Positions 12,032 to 24,329 of a stretch of DNA of 64,000 bases are shown here, in pieces. This stretch comes from an uncultured Bifidobacterium sp. (GTDB taxonomy: Bacteria; Bacteroidota; Bacteroidia; UKL13-3). The DNA is taken from assembly GCA_964529175.1 (NCBI GenBank), contig CAZGVO010000002.1, positions 268,665 to 332,664 on the forward strand, read 5' to 3'. Numbering within the stretch: position 1 is the stretch's first letter; each line of letters begins with the position of its first letter. A model generated the notes under the pieces. The model ran no database searches. It saw only the letters and a list, made by a program, of their open reading frames with translations, and was not told the origin of the DNA. A program made the position numbers and the translations under genes.

Positions 12032-14242
12032 ATGTCGAGTCCGGTAATTAATCAAGAGCAAGAAAACGAGCAAATTGTAAAAGCATATAGACATTTATTA
12101 CGTTCGTGTAAAGTAGCTTTAAGTAAGCAAGATAGAGCTAATATACGCGAAGCCTTTAATATTAGCTTAGAAGCACATAAAAATATGAGGCGCAAAAGTG
12201 GCGAACCTTATATTTTGCATCCTATTGCGGTAGCTCAAATTTGTGCTGAAGAAATTGGACTTGGAACTACTTCTATCATCTGTGCTTTATTGCACGATAC
12301 AGTAGAAGATACTGATATTACATTGGAACTTTTGGATATGAAATTTGGCCCAAAAGTATCTCGCATTATTGATGGATTGACAAAAATATCGGGCGTTTTC
12401 GATCAGCAAGACAAATCGATGCAGGCTGAAAATTTTAAAAAAATGCTCCTTACTTTAAGTGAAGATGTAAGGGTAATTTTAATAAAACTAGCCGATAGAA
12501 TGCACAACATGCGCACTTTAGAAAGCATGAGTGCCAAAAGCCAATTGAAAATAGCTAGCGAAACTGCTTATGTTTATGCGCCTCTGGCTCACAGGTTAGG
12601 GCTTTATGCCATGAAAACTGAGTTGGAAGATTTAGCTACAAAGTTCTTAGATCCAGATAGTTATAATTATGTAAAAAATCGCTTACAAGAAACTAAAGCT
12701 GAGCGCAATAGGTATATCAAAAAGTTTATTGAACCACTACAAAAAGCTTTAGATGAAACCGGTTTAAATTATGAAATAAAGGGACGCCCTAAAAGCATAC
12801 ACAGCATTTTGAATAAAATGAAAAAGCAAGGTGTATCGTTTGATGAAGTGTTTGATTTATTTGCCATTAGAATAATTATTGACGATGAATACGAAAACGA
12901 AAAAAGCGATTGCTGGAAAGTGTATTCAACTGTTACCGATTTTTATACTCCAAATCCTGATAGATTGCGCGATTGGGTAAGTATTCCAAAAGCAAATGGT
13001 TACGAAAGTTTGCATACCACTGTTATGGGGCCAAAAGGCCGTTGGGTGGAGGTGCAAATACGCAGTAAACGTATGGACGAAATAGCCGAAAAAGGTTATG
13101 CTGCCCATTGGAAATACAAAGATGGGACGCAAGTAAACGACAATGGTTTAGAACAATGGCTTGCCAAAGTGCGCGAAATGCTCGAAAATACTGATGGTTC
13201 AGCAGTTGAGTTTTTAGATGATTTTAAACTAAACTTATTTGCTGAAGAAATTTTTGTGTTTACACCCAAAGGCGATTTACGTAAGTTACCAGCTCAATCA
13301 ACTGTGTTGGATTTTGCTTTCGATATTCACTCAGGTTTGGGTGCCAAATGTATTGGTGCTAAAGTAAATAATAAATTGGTGCCTATTACTTATAAATTAG
13401 GCAATGGCGATCAAGTTGAAATTTTATCATCAACCAAACAAAAACCTACTGAAGAGTGGTTAACTTGGGTGGTTACTGCTAAAGCCAAATCGAAAATTAG
13501 AGATTACTTTAAGCAGGAACGAAACCAAAGCGTAACCATGGGTAAAGAAATTTTGGAACGTAAGTTTAAAAATGCCAAAATTCCTTTTAGTAGCGAAGCA
13601 CTTAACAGTATTATTAAGTTTTATAAATTACCAAGTGTTACCGAACTTTATTATCAATTAGTTACCGAAAAAATTGATAGAACTAAAATTGATTTAGCCG
13701 CAATTTTAGAAGCCGAAACCAAAAAACAAGTATTAACTGAGGAGCAAAAACTAGCCAAAAAGCCTGTTAAACCTTTAACCAAAGATGCAGTAATAATTGG
13801 CGATGGCGACCCTGTTGATTATGCATTTGCCAAATGTTGTAGCCCAATTCCAGGAGATGATATTTTTGGATTTGTAACAGTAGGAGAGGGTGTAAAAATT
13901 CATAGAACCAATTGTACCAATGGTATCAGTTTAATGAGTAATTATGGTTACCGCATTATTAAAGCGCGTTGGGCAGATGGTAGCTTAAATAGCAGCAAAT
14001 CTTTCTTAACATCTATAAAAGTACAAGGTATTGATAGTGTGGGTATTGTGAGTGCTATTACCAATATTATTTCTACCCAATTACAAATAAATATGAAGTC
14101 GATAAACGTTACTGCAAACGAAGGTATGTTTGAAGGAAATATAACCTTACAAGTAAGCGATACCAAACATTTAGAAGAACTGATGAACAAAATTAAACAA
14201 GCCAGTCAGTTAATTTCTGTTACGAGGGTTGATATTGGTTAG
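12032..14242 (+). CDS. relA: bifunctional (p)ppGpp synthetase/hydrolase (RelA/SpoT family)
   Basis: 736 aa. HD hydrolase motif (LLHDTVEDT), synthetase domain, and TGS and ACT C-terminal domains. Confidence 0.95.
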   Translation: MSSPVINQEQENEQIVKAYRHLLRSCKVALSKQDRANIREAFNISLEAHKNMRRKSGEPYILHPIAVAQICAEEIGLGTTSIICALLHDTVEDTDITLELLDMKFGPKVSRIIDGLTKISGVFDQQDKSMQAENFKKMLLTLSEDVRVILIKLADRMHNMRTLESMSAKSQLKIASETAYVYAPLAHRLGLYAMKTELEDLATKFLDPDSYNYVKNRLQETKAERNRYIKKFIEPLQKALDETGLNYEIKGRPKSIHSILNKMKKQGVSFDEVFDLFAIRIIIDDEYENEKSDCWKVYSTVTDFYTPNPDRLRDWVSIPKANGYESLHTTVMGPKGRWVEVQIRSKRMDEIAEKGYAAHWKYKDGTQVNDNGLEQWLAKVREMLENTDGSAVEFLDDFKLNLFAEEIFVFTPKGDLRKLPAQSTVLDFAFDIHSGLGAKCIGAKVNNKLVPITYKLGNGDQVEILSSTKQKPTEEWLTWVVTAKAKSKIRDYFKQERNQSVTMGKEILERKFKNAKIPFSSEALNSIIKFYKLPSVTELYYQLVTEKIDRTKIDLAAILEAETKKQVLTEEQKLAKKPVKPLTKDAVIIGDGDPVDYAFAKCCSPIPGDDIFGFVTVGEGVKIHRTNCTNGISLMSNYGYRIIKARWADGSLNSSKSFLTSIKVQGIDSVGIVSAITNIISTQLQINMKSINVTANEGMFEGNITLQVSDTKHLEELMNKIKQASQLISVTRVDIG

Positions 14243-14406
14243 AGTTGGTTTCTAGCTGCTAGCCGCTGGCAACTGGCTTCTAGCTTCTATTGTTTGTTTA
14301 ATTCAAAACTCAACATTCAGCATTCAAAATTGCACTGCATTAACCTATCAACTGTCAACTAAAAACTATCAACTAAAATAGTTACTTTTGCGCTCGTTTA
14401 AAAAAT

Positions 14407-15240
14407 ATGTCTTTAGATCAATTGCCAGATGACCACTTTTCCGATACCAAGGAAATGACTTTTTTTGACCATATAGATGAGTTACGAAGCCACTTAGTTC
14501 GTTCTGTAATTGCCATATTAATTGGAGCTGTAACAGCTTTTTTTAATAAATATATCTTGTTCGATATCATTATTTTTGGTCCAATGCGTACTGATTTTTT
14601 CAGTTACCGAATGTTATGTAAATTATCGTATTGGGCTAAAGGAACTGACGAGTACTGTGTAAAAAGCATTGACTTTGCCCTCAAAAATATTGACATGACA
14701 GGGCAATTTACCCAACATTTGTGGATTGCTTTTATAGCCGGAATCATCATAGCTTTTCCTTATATTTTATGGCAATTATGGCGTTTTATAAAACCTGCCT
14801 TAAGCAAAAAAGAAATTAGCTATGCACGCGGATTGGTGTTTTTTAGCTCTGGTTTATTTTTTATTGGAATAGCTTTTGGATATTATTTTTTAACACCTGT
14901 TTCGGTTTCGTTTATGGGTTCTTACCAAGTTAGTACTTTAGTAAGCAATGAAATTAACTTAGAGTCGTACATATCGTTTGTATCAACCATTACTTTTGCT
15001 TGCGGATTGATGTTTGAAATGCCAATTTTGGTTTATTTTTTAGTAAAAATTGGTATTTTAAGTGCACGTATTATGGGCAAATACCGTAAACATGCTGTGT
15101 TAGTTATATTGGTATTAGCAGGTATTTTAACTCCTTCGCCCGATATGGCTAGCCAAATATTAATGGCTTTACCGCTATACTTATTATACGAATTGAGTAT
15201 TTTTATAGCACGTGGAGTTGAAAAGAATAAAATTAGATAA
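14407..15240 (+). CDS. tatC: twin-arginine translocase subunit TatC
   Basis: 277 aa. MTFFDHIDELRSHLVRS N-terminal signature and six transmembrane segments. Confidence 0.9.
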   Translation: MSLDQLPDDHFSDTKEMTFFDHIDELRSHLVRSVIAILIGAVTAFFNKYILFDIIIFGPMRTDFFSYRMLCKLSYWAKGTDEYCVKSIDFALKNIDMTGQFTQHLWIAFIAGIIIAFPYILWQLWRFIKPALSKKEISYARGLVFFSSGLFFIGIAFGYYFLTPVSVSFMGSYQVSTLVSNEINLESYISFVSTITFACGLMFEMPILVYFLVKIGILSARIMGKYRKHAVLVILVLAGILTPSPDMASQILMALPLYLLYELSIFIARGVEKNKIR

Positions 15241-15261
15241 TAAATTAATAATCAGTATATT

Positions 15262-15690
15262 ATGAAAATAGCCATTGCAGCCGACCATGCAGGTTTTGAG
15301 TACAAAGAAATCATCAAAGCTATGCTTACCGATTTAAATTACACCGTTACCGATTTTGGTACACACTCTACTGCATCAATGGATTATCCTGATGTTTCGC
15401 ATCCGTTAGCTACCAGCATTGAAAACAAAGAAAACGAATTAGGAATTATTATTTGTGGCAGTGGCAATGGCGTAAATATGAGTGTAAACAAACACCAAGG
15501 CATTAGAGGCGCATTATGCTGGACTGATGAAATCAGCAGCCTAGCACGCACGCATAACGATGCAAATGTATTGGCATTGCCTGCTCGCTTTATTGATATT
15601 GAATTGGCAAAACGCATTACCATGACATTTTTAACTACTCATTTTGAAGGTGGCCGCCACCAAAATAGAGTTGATAAGATTAGTTGCTAA
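15262..15690 (+). CDS. rpiB: ribose 5-phosphate isomerase B
   Basis: 142 aa. MKIAIAADHAGFEYKE...ICGSGNGVNMSVNKHQGIRGAL is the RpiB/LacAB family signature. Confidence 0.9.
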   Translation: MKIAIAADHAGFEYKEIIKAMLTDLNYTVTDFGTHSTASMDYPDVSHPLATSIENKENELGIIICGSGNGVNMSVNKHQGIRGALCWTDEISSLARTHNDANVLALPARFIDIELAKRITMTFLTTHFEGGRHQNRVDKISC

Positions 15691-15938
15691 CGGTCGCTGA
15701 GCCTGTCGAAGCGAAGTTCACAGTTTTAAAGTTCATAGTTCGAAGTACTTAGTTTTAAGTTCAAAGAAATACGAAATTCGACAATCGAAAAACGATTAAC
15801 GAACACCGTTAAACGAATAACAAATAACGAATTAAAAACAACTGTTATTTTGGTTTTCTGTTTTTTCCTGATTTGGTTAACAACAATATTTCTGTTGTTG
15901 ATTTATAGTTAAATAATATATTTGAAAAAACGCTTTTT

Positions 15939-15983
15939 ATGAGACCTATCTGAAAAAAAAAAGGAGATAGGTCTCATTTTTTG
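15939..15983. terminator. strong rho-independent terminator (bidirectional)
   Basis: 12-bp perfect stem atgagacctatc / gataggtctcat with an A-rich loop, followed by TTTTTT. Confidence 0.75.
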
Positions 15984-16045
15984 GGATATATTATACAAGT
16001 TATGTGTAACCTTATAACGACAGTGCAGACACCAAATAATTAACA

Positions 16046-16588
16046 ATGAGCGACCATAGTATTACAATTGTTCCAAGACAATCAAGTTATCCCGACAACA
16101 AAGTCAAAGCAAAAGAAATTTTGGACTGGTTGACTTCGCAGGACATAGTTAAGTCGACACTTTCCGACTGTGTTTTAGGTTCTGACAATGGCTATGCAAT
16201 CTCTGACGGTGCAAGACGCGTGACAAGTCTGCCAAACAAATTACCATTTAACCTTATCACAAACGGGCTTGACATTATCACTAAACGACAAGTTTTTCAT
16301 ACTGGCGGCAACGGAATGGACGAGTGTATTTGCCCTAATTGCAAAGAGAACATAGCATCAGAGGACTGGAGTTTCTTTAATGACTGGGACGAACAAAAAA
16401 GCGATAACCTGACTTGCCCTTTATGCAATGTTGCGACAGACATTCACCAATTCACATTTTCGCCTGACTGGGGGTTTAGCGACTTAGGATTTACATTTTG
16501 GAATTGGTCGGACTTGACGGACGAGTTTATTTCAGAGTTCAGACAAAAATTAGCTTGCGATATTTCAATAGTATATACTCACATTTGA
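16046..16588 (+). CDS. hypothetical protein with two CxxC motifs (zinc-ribbon-like), compositionally atypical
   Basis: 180 aa with CPNC and CPLC motifs 23 residues apart. Local GC is visibly higher than the surrounding DNA. Confidence 0.5.
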   Translation: MSDHSITIVPRQSSYPDNKVKAKEILDWLTSQDIVKSTLSDCVLGSDNGYAISDGARRVTSLPNKLPFNLITNGLDIITKRQVFHTGGNGMDECICPNCKENIASEDWSFFNDWDEQKSDNLTCPLCNVATDIHQFTFSPDWGFSDLGFTFWNWSDLTDEFISEFRQKLACDISIVYTHI

Positions 16589-16774
16589 CATGACTGAAAA
16601 CAAGGCTACAAATAACAGCAGATTTGCGATAGGCGGGCTTTCGTGCTCCGCTAACAGTTTCGTGGTAGCCGAAAATTTTGTGCTCCGAATAAAGTTCAGT
16701 GGTAAAAATCCCGCCCATCGCAAAGCCCGAAACCGTAATAACGAATAAATAACAACCTTCTTCAAGCACCAACA

Positions 16775-16812
16775 GCAAAAAAGGCCGCTAAACGAATTCA
16801 GCGACCTTATTT
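16775..16812 (-). terminator. rho-independent terminator downstream of katG
   Basis: Minus strand reads aaggtcgct-gaattcgttt-agcggcctt followed by TTTTTT. Confidence 0.6.
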
Positions 16813-16836
16813 TGTAACTTATAAAACTCTAAAAAT

Positions 16837-19128
<2,292 letters not shown>

Positions 19129-19205
19129 TTATTTTATAATGCAACAATAACTATTACTTTTGTTTGATAAAAACGATATTTTCAATAACAATATTCATAG
19201 TATAG

Positions 19206-20144
19206 ATGAACATACAGCAATTTCAGTACATTTTAGCAGTAGCCGAATACAAGCATTTTGAAATAGCAGCAGAAAAATGCTGTATTACCCAATCAACGCT
19301 TAGCACCATGATTTCGAAATTTGAAGATGAAATAGGTTTTAAAATTTTTGATAGGAAAAAAAAGCCTGTTCAACTTACCAACGAAGGCAAAATTATTGTG
19401 GAACAATTAACCATTATAGTTAATAATATTGACCAACTAAAAGAATTAACCAACGAAGTAAAAGGTGAAATAACGGGCAGTTTAACACTTTCGGTTATTC
19501 CTACCATAGCCCCATTTTTATTGCCATTATTTTTACAAGAATTTGCCACCAAATTCCCCAATTTAAATATTAAAGTAAGAGAGGAAACTACCTCCGAAAT
19601 AGTGAGAAAACTAAAAAGTAGGGAGTTGGATATTGGCATACTTTCGGTTCCATTAAACGATAAAGAAATTGATGAAATAAAGCTTTACGATGAACCATTT
19701 TTATTTTTTGATGCTGAAAATACCATGAATGAGCATATTACTGTTAAGAATATAAAAATGAAGAATATTTGCTTAATGGAAGAAGGCCATTGCATGCGCA
19801 CACAAGTGTTGCAGCTATGCGATTACGATGATAACCAATTAGGGTCTAAATTAAATTTTGAATACAAAGCAGGTTCTATTGATAGTTTGCTGCGTTTTGT
19901 AAAAGCCAATAAAGCCACTACTTTACTTCCTCATTTGGCTACTATTGATTTTTCGGTAAATGAAAAAAGGCATTTAGGTAATTTTATTTCACCTGTTCCT
20001 TACAGAACCGTTGGTTTGGTGGTGCATAGGCATTTTGTAAAGAAAAAATTATTAGCAGTTTTAAAGCAAGATATTATTGAAAAAATTACCCCAATACTCC
20101 ATAAAATGAATTTAGAAGGCGAGCAATTATTCCCAATAAGCTAA
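19206..20144 (+). CDS. oxyR: LysR-family H2O2-responsive regulator OxyR
   Basis: 312 aa with an N-terminal LysR helix-turn-helix. EEGHCMRTQVLQLC places two Cys 9 residues apart, as in E. coli OxyR C199/C208 (EDGHCLRDQAMGFC). Divergent from katG. Confidence 0.85.
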   Translation: MNIQQFQYILAVAEYKHFEIAAEKCCITQSTLSTMISKFEDEIGFKIFDRKKKPVQLTNEGKIIVEQLTIIVNNIDQLKELTNEVKGEITGSLTLSVIPTIAPFLLPLFLQEFATKFPNLNIKVREETTSEIVRKLKSRELDIGILSVPLNDKEIDEIKLYDEPFLFFDAENTMNEHITVKNIKMKNICLMEEGHCMRTQVLQLCDYDDNQLGSKLNFEYKAGSIDSLLRFVKANKATTLLPHLATIDFSVNEKRHLGNFISPVPYRTVGLVVHRHFVKKKLLAVLKQDIIEKITPILHKMNLEGEQLFPIS

Positions 20145-20157
20145 ATTTATAAATAGA

Positions 20158-20208
20158 AAAAGTCTAACTAAAGCACGTTAATAGGCCGTTTAGTTGGACT
20201 TTTTTTAT
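20158..20208. terminator. bidirectional terminator between oxyR and convergent OMP gene
   Basis: Stem agtctaactaaa / gtttagttggact (1 mismatch) with TTTTTTT downstream, and a T-run on the opposite strand too. Confidence 0.6.
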
Positions 20209-20216
20209 AAAATTAC

Positions 20217-20915
20217 TTAAAATCGGTAGCCTAAATTTAAGCCAAAGCCAGTGTTTTTATTTACTAAAGAACTGCTTGTTTTGGAGTTAACATTTATCAA
20301 TCCCAATTGAGAGCTAAGTGTTAAATTTAAACCATTTGCTAGCTGATAACCAACCATAAAATTGGCTCCCATATCTAAAGTTTTGAAATAAATTAAATTA
20401 TTGGTTTCGTTACTTGGTGCTTCTTCTTGAATTTTCAAATCGGTATCGTCAGGAGCTGAATTGCCGCTAAAAACAGCTGTTCCACCAATACAATATCCAA
20501 CATAAGGTCCAAAACCCAATATTAATTTACCCGAACCAAGCATTGGTTTATACAGAAAATTAAGTGGCATTTCAATATATTTTAAATTCAACTCACGGGT
20601 TACACTTCGGGTTATAAAAAATTCGGTATAATCAATATTTCCGGTAGTTCCTTTGGTTATGTATTGTAATCCTATTTGCAAATAAAACTCTGGTACTATA
20701 TAAATTTCTTCATTTATTCCCAAAGTAAATCTTGGTACCAAACTGTTGGTTAAGGCTGCACCACTTTCGTTGGTGCCGTTTATGTTTTGAAAATTAAGGC
20801 CACCATATACTCCAAATGAAAAGCGTTTTTCGTTTGATTGGTTACTTTCGTCTTGTGCAAATACATTGATTGTTAAAGTGCTTAAAATCAATAGTATGTA
20901 TATTCTATTTTTCAT
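20217..20915 (-). CDS. outer membrane beta-barrel (porin-family) protein
   Basis: 232 aa with a signal peptide. Alternating amphipathic strands, and a C-terminal LGYRF aromatic terminus typical of OM beta-barrels. Confidence 0.65.
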   Translation of the reverse strand: MKNRIYILLILSTLTINVFAQDESNQSNEKRFSFGVYGGLNFQNINGTNESGAALTNSLVPRFTLGINEEIYIVPEFYLQIGLQYITKGTTGNIDYTEFFITRSVTRELNLKYIEMPLNFLYKPMLGSGKLILGFGPYVGYCIGGTAVFSGNSAPDDTDLKIQEEAPSNETNNLIYFKTLDMGANFMVGYQLANGLNLTLSSQLGLINVNSKTSSSLVNKNTGFGLNLGYRF

Positions 20916-20926
20916 AGCTGTTTTTA

Positions 20927-21604
20927 TTAATTATTTGATTCTTTAGCTGCATCTTTACGCATTTGTTCATTGGCAGTAATTAAAAACTCAACTCTTCTGT
21001 TTTGTGCACGTGTATCTTCATCATCGTTGCTATAATTAGGAGCTGTTTCGCCATAACCTTTGGTACTTATCCGGTAACTGCTAATACCATTTGTTTGTAA
21101 AAAATTAGCTACCGAAGCTGCACGTTTTTTTGATAATTTCATGTTGTAAGCATCTGAACCCGAATTGTCGGTATGTCCTTGAATTTCAATATTGGTTTCG
21201 GGGTATTTGGCTAAAATACTGATAAGTTTATTTAGGTTTTGAGCAGAACCATTGTTTAGGTTAGCTTGGTTTATGTCAAATAAAATTTTGTCGGTAAATT
21301 CTACCACAATGCCTTCGCCTACTCGGTAAACTTTAGCTCCAGGAACTGTTTTCTTAATATCTTCGGCTTGTTTATCCATTTTATTGCCAATTATTGCACC
21401 AGTAGCTCCTCCAACTGTAGCACCAATTAAAGCGCCCAAAGCTGTATTGCCCGATGCTCTTCCAATTACAGCACCAATAACGGCTCCTCCACCTGTGCCA
21501 ATTAATGCACCTTTTTTTGTTTTATTCAATGCACAGCTCGAAATCAATATGCTTAAAGCCATTAGTGTTATAAAACAGCCCGTTATTATGTTACTTTTTT
21601 TCAT
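20927..21604 (-). CDS. OmpA family lipoprotein (glycine-zipper N-domain + OmpA_C peptidoglycan-binding domain)
   Basis: 225 aa. Lipobox LISSCA, a Gly-zipper (GALIGTGGGAVIGAVIG) and an OmpA_C motif (TDNSGSDAYNMKLSKKRAASVANFL). Confidence 0.85.
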   Translation of the reverse strand: MKKSNIITGCFITLMALSILISSCALNKTKKGALIGTGGGAVIGAVIGRASGNTALGALIGATVGGATGAIIGNKMDKQAEDIKKTVPGAKVYRVGEGIVVEFTDKILFDINQANLNNGSAQNLNKLISILAKYPETNIEIQGHTDNSGSDAYNMKLSKKRAASVANFLQTNGISSYRISTKGYGETAPNYSNDDEDTRAQNRRVEFLITANEQMRKDAAKESNN

Positions 21605-21785
21605 GTAGTTGGTTGGTATTAATTAAGCTGCAAACCTATTTAGCCAAAACTTAAAAAAATTACACTTGAAACTTTAAATGTTACATAATTACTTGCTCTT
21701 GCCATTCGAAATTTGCTTTTAAATTGATGCGGGTCATAAATAAAAAGGGTGCTTAATTGAAACTTGCAAACTTTATTTATAAATA

Positions 21786-23552
21786 ATGAGTACCAAAAAT
21801 TTCAACGCACATAGTTTTCATATTCCGGTTATGGGTATTGGGTTTACCATCGATTCGCCTATAAAAGTGGCAGCTTATGGCATTTCATCCACACTTTCAT
21901 TGGTTGATGATGTTTTGATGGAAAAATTGCGCGCATTTTATTCTGAAAAATTGAATTTGCCTTTTGAGGCCATTACCAATAAAGTAGAAGACTCAAGGGC
22001 TAAACGCATTACGGCTTATTTAAATATGGTTGATCAAATTGTGAAACAAAAGTTTGAACAATTGAAACAATCGGTAGCCGAAAAAGGTGGCGAGTTTGAA
22101 AAATACATCAATATGTTGCCCGATTATACCGAAATAAAAAAGCAATTCAACAGTTTTATTGATAATAATAAAACCATTGACGACCTTAAAAATTGGGCCA
22201 ATACACATTTACAAATGGGCAGCATTGATGTAAATATTATGACCAAATTAGACAAGGAAAATAAGTTTAACAACGAAAAACTTCCTGTAATTTATAACGA
22301 TGCCCATGCAGCTTTGCGTGGTTTTGCTAACAGTAATTTACATTCTTCTATTGTGCTTTCGGCAGGTATGAACCCTAGACTTTATGCCTATTTTGAGCAA
22401 TTAGACAACTTTTTCCCTGACCAAAATGGCAATTTAGAAAAAAAGGTAATTTTAAAAATTAGTGATTACCGTTCTGCCCTAATTCAAGGAAAATTTTTAG
22501 CTAAAAAAGGCATTTGGATTTCGGAGTATAGGGTTGAATCGGGTTTAAATTGTGGTGGACATGCTTTTGGAAGTGATGCTTCGTTAATGGGGCCTATTTT
22601 AGAAGAGTTTAAACAAAATAAACAAGAGTTAATTAATGTTATTCACCAAGTGTATATAGCTGCTTTGGCCGAAAAAAATAGGTTTATACCTGCTGAACCT
22701 TTGCCTGTTAAATTTACTGCTCAAGGTGGAGTTGGCACAGCAGAAGAACATCAGTTTTTATTAGAAAAATACGAGTTAGATTCAATTGGCTGGGGAACGC
22801 CATTTTTATTGGTTCCAGAAGCCACCACTGTAGATAACGAAACACTAGATTTGCTTTGCAAGGCCAAAGAAACTGATTTGTATTTAAGCAGTATTTCGCC
22901 ATTAGGAGTTCCATTTAACTCGTTAAAAGGCAATACCAAAGATGCTGAAAGATTAGAATGGATAGCTAAAGGAAGGCCGGGAAGCAGTTGCCCGCGCGAG
23001 TTTGCTAAACTTAATAACGATTTTACCGAAGAAGTAATTTGTACTGCATCGCGCCAATATCAAAACTTAAAGTTACAAGCATTACAAGCGCAAAATTTAC
23101 CAACAAAAGAATTAGAAGCGGCCAACGATTTAGCCATGCAAAAAACTTGTTTATGCGTGGGTTTAGGCACTTCGGCTTTATTGGTAAATGGTTTGAGTAC
23201 TCGCTCCGAAGGCCCTGGAGTAGCAGTTTGCCCAGGTCCAAATATGGCTTATTATTCTAAAGTTGTTTCGCTACAAACCATGTGTAACCACATTTATGGT
23301 AAAGAAAATTTGGTAGATAATCCTAACAGACCTCATGTGTTTTTAAAAGAATTGGAACTAAATTTAGATTATTACCACAACCAACTTAAAAGCTATTTGG
23401 CCAAACCTACCGATGCCATAAAAAAACAGCTCAATAACATGGCAAAAAACTTAGAAAGCGGTATTCATTATTACATGGAATTATTCCATAATCAGCCTAA
23501 TGTTATCAATCAATTAGCTACTTATAAAATAACAACTTTAACAAATGGATAA
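21786..23552 (+). CDS. hypothetical protein, possible FMN-dependent TIM-barrel enzyme
   Basis: 588 aa. QGGVGTAEEHQFLLEKYELDSIGWGTPFLLVPEA resembles the phosphate-binding end of NPD/IMPDH-type FMN barrels. Otherwise unrecognised. Confidence 0.45.
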   Translation: MSTKNFNAHSFHIPVMGIGFTIDSPIKVAAYGISSTLSLVDDVLMEKLRAFYSEKLNLPFEAITNKVEDSRAKRITAYLNMVDQIVKQKFEQLKQSVAEKGGEFEKYINMLPDYTEIKKQFNSFIDNNKTIDDLKNWANTHLQMGSIDVNIMTKLDKENKFNNEKLPVIYNDAHAALRGFANSNLHSSIVLSAGMNPRLYAYFEQLDNFFPDQNGNLEKKVILKISDYRSALIQGKFLAKKGIWISEYRVESGLNCGGHAFGSDASLMGPILEEFKQNKQELINVIHQVYIAALAEKNRFIPAEPLPVKFTAQGGVGTAEEHQFLLEKYELDSIGWGTPFLLVPEATTVDNETLDLLCKAKETDLYLSSISPLGVPFNSLKGNTKDAERLEWIAKGRPGSSCPREFAKLNNDFTEEVICTASRQYQNLKLQALQAQNLPTKELEAANDLAMQKTCLCVGLGTSALLVNGLSTRSEGPGVAVCPGPNMAYYSKVVSLQTMCNHIYGKENLVDNPNRPHVFLKELELNLDYYHNQLKSYLAKPTDAIKKQLNNMAKNLESGIHYYMELFHNQPNVINQLATYKITTLTNG

Positions 23553-23636
23553 GATAATTTTTGGAATTGTATTACTGCATTTGGTAGCAGGTTTTGGTTG
23601 GGTTATTTATAAAATGGAGTTTAAAAACAAAAAATA

Positions 23637-24092
23637 ATGCAAACACATACCGAAACACTTTTAGCGCTATGGATAGAGGCTAGAACAAGATTTACCAATC
23701 AATTAACCAATTTAACTGAAGCCGATTTGCATAAAAGATTACCGCCTTCGCCAAATTCAGTTGGGTTTTTAATAAGGCATATTGGTGATGTAGAATTGCT
23801 TTTTGCTAAAAATGTATTTGGCGATAGCAGCATAAAGGTGTCGGCTAAAACAGTAATTGCGCAAAAGGATACTGGCGAATGGACTCATTTAGAAGAGCTA
23901 TTAAGTTATGTAGCACATTCATTTTCGGCATTAGAAACCATTGTTAAAACCCAAACTGATGCTGATTGGAATAGCATAATTACCACTAAAGAGTTTGGGA
24001 CCAAAACTAAAGCCGAAGCCTTTGGTAGAATTGTATCGCATACTGCTTACCACGCAGGTCAAACGGCTATTTTGGTTAAGTATGGAACATAA
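23637..24092 (+). CDS. DinB/YfiT-family protein
   Basis: 151 aa. His triad pattern including the C-terminal HTAYHAGQ, typical of the DinB_2 superfamily. Confidence 0.7.
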   Translation: MQTHTETLLALWIEARTRFTNQLTNLTEADLHKRLPPSPNSVGFLIRHIGDVELLFAKNVFGDSSIKVSAKTVIAQKDTGEWTHLEELLSYVAHSFSALETIVKTQTDADWNSIITTKEFGTKTKAEAFGRIVSHTAYHAGQTAILVKYGT

Positions 24093-24184
24093 TTTCTAAT
24101 TGCTTTTTATGGTTTTTATATTTGTTAGTTTTTGCAAAATAATAAACCCTATAAATAGAGTAACGTAGTTTAAAAACAAAATAA

Positions 24185-24211
24185 AAAAAGCCTCGTTGGA
24201 GGCTTTTTTTA
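24185..24211 (+). terminator. rho-independent terminator
   Basis: aaagcctc-gttg-gaggcttt followed by TTTTTTT. Confidence 0.65.
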
Positions 24212-24329
24212 TAAAATACTACAAATTGATGCAAACCAATACAATAGGTGTAAAACATTTGTGCAAAGCCCTTGAAATAATCGCTAAATTTAGTAGTATT
24301 GTTTTTTAATAATTGCAACAAATAGCCTA

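Noticed and set aside
21384-21608. 74 aa Pro/Ala-rich plus-strand ORF
   Set aside because: It is the antisense reading of the Gly-zipper region of the OmpA-family gene (GGA GCN read backwards gives P/A).
24076-24321. 81 aa minus-strand ORF between DinB-like gene and GH20 gene
   Set aside because: Spans the terminator hairpin and promoter region. K/Y/F-rich AT-driven translation. More likely non-coding.
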